This document shows, piece by piece, positions 25,492 through 34,240 of a stretch of 64,000 nucleotides of DNA. Every line of letters starts with the position of its first letter. Position 1 is the first letter of the stretch. The DNA is from Opitutia bacterium (GTDB lineage: Bacteria; Verrucomicrobiota; Verrucomicrobiia; Opitutales; Opitutaceae), in the NCBI GenBank assembly GCA_947472765.1, contig CANJCM010000003.1, positions 29,612 through 93,611 on the forward strand, in the 5' to 3' direction. A program made the position numbers and the translations under genes. Below the pieces are notes generated by a model. It made no database searches. It saw nothing but the letters and a program-made list of their open reading frames with translations, and was not told where the DNA came from.

Positions 25492-26610
25492 ATGAGTGTT
25501 CCGATCACTTCGTCGCCCTCGCCGGACTTTCCCGGCCTCGTGGCGGCGTTCGATCTGAGGGGCCGGTTCGTCGGCGCGACGGCGGACGGCAGCGGACACA
25601 TCAACGACACCTACGCGCTCACGTTTGAGCACGGTGGCCAGCGTTCCCGCTACGTCCTGCAGCGAATCAACTCCTTCGTCTTTCGCCAGGTGCCGGAACT
25701 GATGGAGAACGTCCGCCGCGTGACGGAGCATCTTCGCTCGCACCCGGCGCGGCGGCCGGGGCAACGAGCACTCGAACTCATTCCGACCCGTGCCGGCGGG
25801 GACGTGTATCGCGACGCCGAGGAAAATTGGTGGCGGGTGTACGTCTTCCTCGAGGGTACCCACACGGGCGAGCGGGTCGTGCGGGCGGACCAGGCGCACG
25901 ATGCGGCGCAGGCGTTCGGCGACTTTCAGCGGCTGCTCAACGATCTTCCGGGATCGCGGCTGCACGAAACCATCCCCGGGTTTCATCACACGCGTCGGCG
26001 GTTCGAGGCGCTGCAACGCGCGGTCGCTGCTGACGCGCATGGGCGGGTCGCCGCGGCGCGCGATGTCATCGACGCCGCTCTGGCGCGCGAGTCGATGGTC
26101 GATGTTTTTCAGGATCTGCAGGCGTCCGGGCGGATGCCGGAGCGGATCGCGCATAACGACACCAAGCTTGCCAATGTCATGTTCGACGACGCGACCGGCG
26201 TGGCCGTGTGCGTCATCGATCTCGACACCGTGATGCCGGGGCTAGCCCCGAACGACTTCGGGGAAATGGTGCGCTCGGCCACGAATCCGGGTACCGAGGA
26301 TTCGCGCGAGATTGCCGGACTCGAGGCGCGGCGGCCGATTTTCGAGGCGCTGCTCGAGGGCTATCTCGCCTCGGCCGGTTCGTTCTTAAACCAGACCGAG
26401 CTCGAATACCTGCCGTTCGCCGGCCGGCTCATGACCTACGAAAACGGCATCCGCTTCCTCGCGGATTTCCTCGAGGGCGACATCTACTACAAGATCAGCC
26501 GGCCCGGACAGAATCTCGATCGCGCGCGGAATCAGCTGGCACTGCTGGCTAGCCTCGAGGCGCAACAGGCCGACTTTGCCGCGATGGTACGCAAGCTGGC
26601 GCGGCCGTAG
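25492..26610 (+). CDS. APH-fold sugar kinase, N-acetylhexosamine 1-kinase (NahK)-like
   Basis: GSGHINDTYALTF...YVLQRINSFVFRQVPELMENVRRVTEHL and HNDTKLANVMFD catalytic loop, IDLDT. Start moved to ATG 25492; the ORF-track extension overlaps tRNA-Cys. Confidence 0.75.
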   Translation: MSVPITSSPSPDFPGLVAAFDLRGRFVGATADGSGHINDTYALTFEHGGQRSRYVLQRINSFVFRQVPELMENVRRVTEHLRSHPARRPGQRALELIPTRAGGDVYRDAEENWWRVYVFLEGTHTGERVVRADQAHDAAQAFGDFQRLLNDLPGSRLHETIPGFHHTRRRFEALQRAVAADAHGRVAAARDVIDAALARESMVDVFQDLQASGRMPERIAHNDTKLANVMFDDATGVAVCVIDLDTVMPGLAPNDFGEMVRSATNPGTEDSREIAGLEARRPIFEALLEGYLASAGSFLNQTELEYLPFAGRLMTYENGIRFLADFLEGDIYYKISRPGQNLDRARNQLALLASLEAQQADFAAMVRKLARP

Positions 26611-26695
26611 ACTCGAATTGGCTCACGCGGAGGCGCGGAGACGCGGAGCAGGTTTCAATTCTGATCGTGGAGTCGCGCACCCACCCCGGCGCTGC

Positions 26696-26812
26696 GTGCC
26701 ACTCATCTCCAAGAGGGGACCTTCAAGTAGGTGCGAAAAATTATGCCCGCCTTGGTAGGAGATCCCCTCCCGAGCTTGAACGATGCAGTGAAATGTAGGG
26801 CCGCCGCCGTTC
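26696..26812. repeat. Family G composite unit ending in a GTAGGGCCG REP head
   Basis: ..CATCTCCAAGAGGGGACC..AGGTGCG..GATCCCCTCCCGAGC..GATGCAGTGAAATGTAGGGCCG is collinear with 32768-32860. Confidence 0.6.
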
Positions 26813-27059
26813 GTCTAGCTCAGAGCCTTTATTTTATGCGAACTGCAGGCTCACGGCGAAACGGAGGTAATCCCGGGCCCTGAGCCAGTCGAAGGGCGCC
26901 GGCCCGACACCGATCCGTGGACGTTCCTTCCCACGTTAGGCGCCCTGGACGGTGGGGGCACCGTCCCTCCATGGAGTGCTCTTTGGGAGGGGAGCGAACT
27001 GAAGTCTGAACGATCCGCCTACCAAGGAGGGCGGGTGCCCACACCCGCCGATCTCGTTC

Positions 27060-27090
27060 CACTGCATCGTTCCGGCTCCAGAGGGGTACC
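27060..27090. repeat. Inverted partial family G unit (partner of 26758-26790)
   Basis: CACTGCATCGTTCCGGCTCCAGAGGGGTACC matches the reverse complement of 26758-26790 at about 22 of 31 positions, including a perfect 13-mer. Confidence 0.55.
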
Positions 27091-27149
27091 CGCAGGGCGG
27101 GGTGTGTTAGCTTGGCTGCGAGCGCAAAGCCGCCGAGAAACCGCCGGCG

Positions 27150-27171
27150 AAAAAAACCCCGGCCGCAGGCC
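27150..27171 (-). terminator. Weak intrinsic-terminator-like hairpin plus U7 after the SDR gene
   Basis: Minus-strand sense right after the stop: CGGCC-TGC-GGCCG GGG TTTTTTT. Confidence 0.4.
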
Positions 27172-27172
27172 G

Positions 27173-27940
27173 CTACGGTTTCTGCGGAGCAGAAACCGGG
27201 AGGTAGGCGCGCGTCGGTCGGATCACCAATTCCTCGATCAGCGCGCGGGGATGAAGCGTGACTGCGAAGAGCACCGCCGCAGCGACGTCCTCGGCCTGCA
27301 ACATCAGCGGCCGCGACTCCGCCGGCGGCGGCACGGGACGCTTGTCGAGGATCGGCGTGTTGATGTCGCCGGGGCAGATGCACACGCCGCGGATGCCGTT
27401 CTGCCGTTCCTCCTCGTTGATGGCCTGGGTGAGGGCCCGCATGCCGAACTTCGAGATCGCGTAACCGGCGCCGGCTTTGGCGGACACCTTGATGCCCGCG
27501 TCCGAACAGATGTTCACGATCGTGCCGGTGCCGTTGGCGCGCATGCCGGGCAGGAACGCCTGAACAGCAAAGAGACTGCCATCGATGTTGGCGGCCATCA
27601 CCGAGCGATAGTCCTCGCGCGAGAGCACGGAAAGCGCGCGTTTCGGAATGTTGATCCCCGCGCCGTTTACCAGCACGTCGACGCGGCCGTACTTCTTGAG
27701 GATCGCCGCCGCCGCAGCATCAAAGGCCGCCGCATCGCCCACATCGCACGGAAAGGCCGTGAGCTGTTTACGCGATGCAGCGGGTGCGAGCTGGATCGTT
27801 TCCTTCAACGCGTCGGCGCGACGGCCGAGCAGGGCGACCTGCCAGCCTTGGGCGGCGAGTTGATGGACCGTGGCGCGACCGACGCCGGAACCGGCTCCGG
27901 TGACAACGGCGACGCGGGTGGGAGATTTTTTGGAAGCCAT
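27173..27940 (-). CDS. Short-chain dehydrogenase/reductase (SDR)
   Basis: VAVVTGAGSGVGRAT (TGxxxGxG), NGAG, and the YAISKFGMRAL catalytic YxxxK. Confidence 0.9.
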   Translation of the reverse strand: MASKKSPTRVAVVTGAGSGVGRATVHQLAAQGWQVALLGRRADALKETIQLAPAASRKQLTAFPCDVGDAAAFDAAAAAILKKYGRVDVLVNGAGINIPKRALSVLSREDYRSVMAANIDGSLFAVQAFLPGMRANGTGTIVNICSDAGIKVSAKAGAGYAISKFGMRALTQAINEEERQNGIRGVCICPGDINTPILDKRPVPPPAESRPLMLQAEDVAAAVLFAVTLHPRALIEELVIRPTRAYLPVSAPQKP

Positions 27941-27972
27941 GGGGAGGAAAGAGTCGGGGAGGGTTCAACTTT

Positions 27973-28052
27973 TGTCATGGTGGGCGCAGCGAAGAATCCA
28001 GGTCGCGAGGTGCGCCGTTCAGATGGTAACTTCGCTGGCGCTCAGAATGACA
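27973..28052. repeat. Family C palindrome, degenerate copy
   Basis: TGTCATGGTGGGCGCAGCGAAGAATCCA ... GGTAACTTCGCTGGCGCTCAGAATGACA. Confidence 0.7.
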
Positions 28053-28073
28053 GACGTGGGGTGATTGTCCGCG

Positions 28074-29111
28074 TCAGGGCGTCAGGATAACCTTCATATA
28101 CTTCCCGCCGTCCTTGGCGCTGAGCTTGTCGAACCAGACTGCGCCCTCGGACAAAGGCACGACTGCCTCGATCATCGGCTTCACGTTGATCACGCCCTTC
28201 GCAATCAGATCGAGGCAGAGCGGATATTCGCCCGCGCTGCCGCAGGTGCCGGTGAGCGTGATTTCCTTGGTCACGACGGCCTGGAGTGGGAAGTCCTGGG
28301 TCTTCGGCGAGAGGTTGCCGACGAGCACGCAGGAGCCGCCGCGCTTGAGTACGCCGATCGCGAGATTGACGGTCGCGGTGAGTCCGACGACTTCGAGAGC
28401 AACATCGGCGCCGAGTCCATCGGTGAGCTTCAAGACCTCCGCGGTCACATCGACCTTGCCGGAGTTCAAGGTATGCGTGGCGCCGAGCTGCTTCGCGAGG
28501 GCGAGGCGGTTGTCGGCGAGGTCGACGGCGATAATCTGGCGGGCGCCGGCCCATTTCAGGGCCTGAACGACGAGCAGTCCGATCATGCCGCTGCCGATGA
28601 CGACGGCGGTGTCTTTCTTCGCGGACTTGATCCGCTGGACCGCGTGAACCGCGATCGAGACGGGCTCGACCATGGCCGCCTGGTCAAACGGCAGCGTGTC
28701 AGGGAGGCGGTAGAGAATGCGGGCGGGCAGGGCGAGTTTCTCGGCGAATGCGCCGTGCTGTTTGTATTCGATCGGAGAGACGCCGACGACGCGGCGGTTC
28801 TCGCAAAGATTTACCTGGCCCGTCTGGCAGAAGCGGCAGCCGCCACAGTAAATCGTCGAGTCGAAGGTGACCCGATCGCCGGCACGCCACTGCGTCACCT
28901 TGGGGCCGGCGGAGACAATCTCTCCCGCGGCCTCGTGTCCCATGATCAGCGGCGGGTGCCGGCGCCCGGAGGAACCGTCCCAGCCGTGGATGTCGCTGCC
29001 GCAAATGCCGCAGGCGCGGATGCGGAGGAGGACTTCGTCGTCAGCCGGTTTCGGTTCCGGGAAGTCGACGACATCGAGTTTGGAATGAGCGGAGAGCAGG
29101 AGAGCTTTCAT
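28074..29111 (-). CDS. Zinc-dependent medium-chain alcohol/polyol dehydrogenase (MDR)
   Basis: CGICGSDIHGW, GHEAAGEI, structural-zinc Cys cluster CGGCRFC, VIGSGMIGLL Rossmann motif. ATG 29111 (MKALLLS) preferred over ORF-track TTG 29129. Confidence 0.88.
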   Translation of the reverse strand: MKALLLSAHSKLDVVDFPEPKPADDEVLLRIRACGICGSDIHGWDGSSGRRHPPLIMGHEAAGEIVSAGPKVTQWRAGDRVTFDSTIYCGGCRFCQTGQVNLCENRRVVGVSPIEYKQHGAFAEKLALPARILYRLPDTLPFDQAAMVEPVSIAVHAVQRIKSAKKDTAVVIGSGMIGLLVVQALKWAGARQIIAVDLADNRLALAKQLGATHTLNSGKVDVTAEVLKLTDGLGADVALEVVGLTATVNLAIGVLKRGGSCVLVGNLSPKTQDFPLQAVVTKEITLTGTCGSAGEYPLCLDLIAKGVINVKPMIEAVVPLSEGAVWFDKLSAKDGGKYMKVILTP

Positions 29112-29123
29112 CGAAAGGGGAAC

Positions 29124-29235
29124 GTTCAACCTTCAACGCCGAACGCTCAACGCTCAAGTTGGAGCACGGCGTTTTGCCGTCCGTTGTCCGGGAAACTTGA
29201 AAGTTGAGGGTTGAAAGTTGGACGTTGAGCGTTGC
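29124..29235. repeat. Intercistronic TCAAC/GTTGA word-repeat inverted arms (yjhG-adh spacer)
   Basis: The left arm is rich in (C)TCAAC words and the right arm in GTTGA words. AACGCTCAACG (29142-29152) is perfectly complementary to CGTTGAGCGTT (29223-29233). Confidence 0.6.
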
Positions 29236-29240
29236 CGCGG

Positions 29241-31229
<1,989 letters not shown>

Positions 31230-31283
31230 TAAATCGCCAGGCTGCCTCGCCGCAGCGAAGTAGCACTTCGCACCCCTGGGATT

Positions 31284-31323
31284 GGAACACAGAGGGCGCA
31301 GAGGTGAAGAGAGGTCGCAGAGG
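31284..31323. repeat. Family H direct repeat, copy 1 (GGAACACAGAGGGCGCAGAGG...)
   Basis: GGAACACAGAGGGCGCAGAGGTGAAGAGAGGTCGCAGAGG. A similar copy is at 31401-31440. Confidence 0.7.
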
Positions 31324-31369
31324 CGATTTGGAGTTCAGCGACTTCGCGCCGTTCCGACCACCCGTTCTG

Positions 31370-31399
31370 CTCTCAACTCTCATCCCTCAACTCTCAACT
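31370..31399. repeat. Family I word repeat CTCTCAACTCTCATCCCTCAACTCTCAACT
   Basis: 30 nt identical to the reverse complement of 14655-14684. Confidence 0.85.
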
Positions 31400-31400
31400 C

Positions 31401-31440
31401 GGAACACAGAGGACGCAGTGGATAAGAGAGGGCACAGGGG
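31401..31440. repeat. Family H direct repeat, copy 2
   Basis: GGAACACAGAGGACGCAGTGGATAAGAGAGGGCACAGGGG. Confidence 0.7.
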
Positions 31441-31503
31441 GATGGATGGGTTCAGATCAGTGCAGCGCCGCGGCTCCGAACGGCGAAAGACGGCGTGCAC
31501 TTG

Positions 31504-31583
31504 TTGTCATTCTGAGCGCCGCGAAGAATCCACTCCTCTGGGTTGAGTGATGCCATGGATCCTTCGCTCCTCTCAGGATGACA
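31504..31583. repeat. Family C palindrome, degenerate copy
   Basis: TTGTCATTCTGAGCGCCGCGAAGAATCCA ... TGGATCCTTCGCTCCTCTCAGGATGACA. Confidence 0.75.
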
Positions 31584-31591
31584 GACGACTC

Positions 31592-31626
31592 AATCCAAAA
31601 TCGAGAATCCAAAATCGAAAATTCGA
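31592..31626. repeat. Family E word repeat, copy E3
   Basis: AATCCAAAATCGAGAATCCAAAATCGAAAATTCGA directly abuts the stop codon (31627-31629) of the minus-strand gene. Confidence 0.85.
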
Positions 31627-32166
31627 TCACCTCTGATTCTTCAAAAACTCCCGCCAGCGATCCATCAGCCCGTGACGGCTGAGAATGGCGTGGAATCGAT
31701 CGACATCGAGGACGTCGGCGGCAGCGAAATCCAGCACGCGGGCATTCGCGCGGCCGGTCTGAAAAGCGAGGGCCGCGAGGTGATCGGCCGTGAAGACGCG
31801 GGCCGGATGGCCGTCTAAGTTGCGGAGGGGGGCCTCGCGCAAGGCCTCCTCGAGCAGGGGCGTCGACGGCGGCACGAACAGCGCCTTGGTGTCGCCGATC
31901 CGCATGAACTGGCCCTCGAAGATCGCGCCCTTGCCGAGCAGGTACTCGAAGATCCGCGTCGGGCTGACGATTAGCTTGCCCGGCAGGGTGGGTAGGGGAA
32001 CGACGATTTCCAGGTGTCGCGGGCTGACTGCCTCGAGGTAAAGGCTCGTCGCGGAGTCGCCGGCGACGGCGTAGTTCTCAATCACGCCGTCGGCCTGCAT
32101 CTCGTTAATGACGGGGATGGCTTCCTGAAAGTTCACGCGGGCAGGGAAATCACGGATTTGGCCCAT
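31627..32166 (-). CDS. Hypothetical protein, nucleotidyltransferase-fold-like with degenerate catalytic motif
   Basis: YAVAGDSATSLYLEAVSPRHLEIVV occupies the position of the GG-x-A...T-x-D-x-D NTase motif, with the Asp residues replaced. C-terminal GRANARVLDFAAA resembles the GR-x-KD motif of small MNT-like proteins. Start moved to ATG 32166. Confidence 0.4.
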   Translation of the reverse strand: MGQIRDFPARVNFQEAIPVINEMQADGVIENYAVAGDSATSLYLEAVSPRHLEIVVPLPTLPGKLIVSPTRIFEYLLGKGAIFEGQFMRIGDTKALFVPPSTPLLEEALREAPLRNLDGHPARVFTADHLAALAFQTGRANARVLDFAAADVLDVDRFHAILSRHGLMDRWREFLKNQR

Positions 32167-32269
32167 AACCAAAATGAAGCCGGCGCGGGGCGCAATCTTG
32201 CGCGGACTCGCCAACGCGTCCGGCTCGTGGCACGAATGCGAGGAGATGACCGCCGGGCCGCCGCACACC

Positions 32270-32722
32270 ATGATCCGTTCCTACGAGGAGTCCGACTGGC
32301 CCGAAATCTGCCGGGTTTACGACGCCGCGAAGCCGCTGGAGTTGATCATGGACGGAGTACAGCCCTCGTTTCCGCCGCTCGCGGCGGACAAGATGTGGGT
32401 GGATAATTTCCGGAGTAACCACGTGTTCGTGGCCACGGACGGCGACCGTCTCACGGGATTCGCCGGCTACACCGGACCGTACATCGGCTGGATGTTTGTG
32501 GATCCCGCCTGTTTTCGGCGCGGGATCGGTCGGGCGCTGCTCCGACGCCTGCTCGAGGAAATCGACGGCGACGCCTGGCTCTGGTCGTTGAAGGGAAACG
32601 ACCGGGCGGCGGCGCTCTATCGCAACGAAGGCTTCGAGCCGATCGATGAGCGTCCCGCGAAACACGGTGACCGTTCATGTACGGCGGTGATCTGGCAGTA
32701 CACGCCGAAGCTCCCTGATTGA
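32270..32722 (+). CDS. GNAT-family N-acetyltransferase
   Basis: WMFVDPACFRRGIGRALLRRLLEE (Q/RxxGxG/A acetyl-CoA motif A) and AAALYRNEGFEP motif B. Start moved to ATG 32270. Confidence 0.85.
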   Translation: MIRSYEESDWPEICRVYDAAKPLELIMDGVQPSFPPLAADKMWVDNFRSNHVFVATDGDRLTGFAGYTGPYIGWMFVDPACFRRGIGRALLRRLLEEIDGDAWLWSLKGNDRAAALYRNEGFEPIDERPAKHGDRSCTAVIWQYTPKLPD

Positions 32723-32767
32723 ACGGCGCCGTTGCCAGTTCGTCTGGCGCGGGCCACATCCTCCCTT

Positions 32768-32846
32768 CGGGCACCCCTCTCCAAGAAGGGATCCAATCGA
32801 GGTGCGTCCCACAGGTCCCCTCTCGAGCCGGAGTGTGCAGTTGAAT
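32768..32846. repeat. Family G composite unit
   Basis: CGGGCACCCCTCTCCAAGAAGGGATCC..AGGTGCG..GGTCCCCTCTCGAGCC..GTGCAGTTGAAT is collinear with 26696-26793. Runs directly into the REP doublet at 32847. Confidence 0.6.
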
Positions 32847-32918
32847 GTAGGGCCGGCGCTCGCCGCCGGGCCGCTTCGCGAATGAAATCCGTGGCCTGCC
32901 GACGAGCGGCAGCCCTAC
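32847..32918. repeat. REP doublet (GTAGGGCCGGCG subtype)
   Basis: GTAGGGCCGGCGCTCGCCGCCGGGCC ... GGCCTGCCGACGAGCGGCAGCCCTAC in convergent orientation. Confidence 0.85.
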
Positions 32919-32968
32919 AAGTGAATCGGCTCGGCGCGCACGGCGCCTCCGCCCAGGCTGGGCGCACG

Positions 32969-33283
32969 ATGGAACTCTCCCAATTGACCGAGCGTGCGAT
33001 GGAAATCCGCCGCCGTTTTGCGGCGCACGAGCGCACAAATTCCGCCGGTCGCGAATGGACCCGCGAGGAAATCATGCAGGGCTTCGTCGGCGACATTGGC
33101 GACCTGATGAAGCTCGTGATGATGAAAGCTGGCGTCCGACCGGGCTCGGACGTCGACGCGAAACTCGCGCACGAGTTGTCCGACTGCCTTTGGAGCGTGC
33201 TCGTCCTCTCGCGACTCTACGGGATCGATCTCGAGCGCGAATTCCTGAAGACGATGACCGAGCTCGAGGCGAAGCTGGACTGA
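32969..33283 (+). CDS. MazG-like nucleotide pyrophosphohydrolase domain protein
   Basis: 104 aa. Four-helix MazG pattern with GFVGDIGDLMK and LAHELSDCLWSVLVLSRLYGIDLE (ExxE/D-type metal motif region). Start moved to ATG 32969. Confidence 0.7.
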   Translation: MELSQLTERAMEIRRRFAAHERTNSAGREWTREEIMQGFVGDIGDLMKLVMMKAGVRPGSDVDAKLAHELSDCLWSVLVLSRLYGIDLEREFLKTMTELEAKLD

Positions 33284-33293
33284 GTCCCGGCAC

Positions 33294-33362
33294 CACTAAT
33301 TGACACCTATCGGCCACCCATTTTCAGCGGCTCGGATTAGTGCGCATTAGTGTGAATTAGTG
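33294..33362. promoter_or_regulatory. Phased ATTAGTG repeats (three direct copies at 10-bp spacing plus one inverted copy)
   Basis: ATTAGTG at 33336, 33346 and 33356; CACTAAT at 33294. CCACTAAT/ATTAGTGG form an 8-bp inverted pair. Lies between convergent gene ends. Confidence 0.4.
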
Positions 33363-33375
33363 GTTCAAATCCGAA

Positions 33376-34065
33376 TCACGGCGCTGGCCGCCCGAACACC
33401 TCGACCTCGCAATAGTGATTCAACTCGTCGGACGTGTTTCCGTTGGAGTAGAGCCGCACGTATCGACCGGTCGCGCCCTTGGCGTCGATCAGGCGGCCCT
33501 GAAAATTCTCGATGTAGGCGGGATCGGAACCGGCGCCCAGCTTGGCCGAGTTGTTCTCGTCGTTGTTATAGATCGTGCGGACGCCCTGCTTGAATTCGGC
33601 GTCGTCGGAAACCTGGAGAATCACGTCGTGGTAAACGCGGGCCTGGGAATGGAAGTGCCACACGACAATGACCGCGAGATTGGCGCGGGCTCCGAGATCG
33701 ATCTGCACCCATTGCAGATTCGGCCCGAGTTCGACGAACGTGCCGTCGCCGCCGGACTTGTCGCCATCGGTGATGAACGACAACTCGCCGATCGTCGGCA
33801 GCGCGTCGCTGCTGGTCACGGTCCTGCCCTTCGAGAGCAGAACCGTGCCTGCCGGGACCATGAAGTCGGGCCGGCGTCCGGGCGCGGCCTTCTCGAGATT
33901 CGGCAGCTGGATCGGCCGTGGCGTGCCGGAGAACAGCGGGCGTGGCAGTTCGATCTTCAACGGGACCTTCTCGTCGGCGGCCCGGCCCGTGAAGACCACG
34001 GCAGGAAGCACGAGCAGCAGGGCGGAAATGCGAAACGCGGAGCGGGCGAAAGGTAGCGAAACCAT
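33376..34065 (-). CDS. Secreted F5/8 type C (discoidin) domain protein
   Basis: Signal peptide MVSLPFARSAFRISALLLVLPAVVFTGRA. LQWVQIDLGARANLAVIVVWH and GRYVRLYSNGNTSDELNHYCEVEVFG are typical discoidin-domain strands. Confidence 0.75.
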   Translation of the reverse strand: MVSLPFARSAFRISALLLVLPAVVFTGRAADEKVPLKIELPRPLFSGTPRPIQLPNLEKAAPGRRPDFMVPAGTVLLSKGRTVTSSDALPTIGELSFITDGDKSGGDGTFVELGPNLQWVQIDLGARANLAVIVVWHFHSQARVYHDVILQVSDDAEFKQGVRTIYNNDENNSAKLGAGSDPAYIENFQGRLIDAKGATGRYVRLYSNGNTSDELNHYCEVEVFGRPAP

Positions 34066-34127
34066 GGGGGCGACGGAAATGCTAGGGGTAGAGCGGAGCG
34101 CCGCAAGTGTGGGTGTTTTGCTCAACC

Positions 34128-34220
34128 GGGCGTGCTCGAGCCACGCCCCTACGATTCAGGCGGAGCCTAATGCAATTGGCGGACCGACAATCCTTGTAGG
34201 GGCGCACCTCGTGTGCGCCC
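34128..34220. repeat. REP doublet (GTAGGGGCG subtype, 43-nt spacer)
   Basis: GGGCGTGCTCGAGCCACGCCCCTAC ... GTAGGGGCGCACCTCGTGTGCGCCC. Confidence 0.75.
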
Positions 34221-34240
34221 TGAATGCCCTTCGGTTGACC

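Noticed and set aside
26611-27172. Possible tmRNA, RNase P RNA or other known structured RNA in the 560-bp gap. On the minus strand a frame reads ..AVSLQFA-stop, superficially like a tmRNA tag.
   Set aside because: I could not find a tRNA-like acceptor/T-arm (GGTTCGAATCC..CCA), a GGGG 5' end or the RNase P GGAAAGTCCGGGC core. Much of the region is explained by family G and REP repeats. It is kept only as an unexplained non-coding region in the findings.
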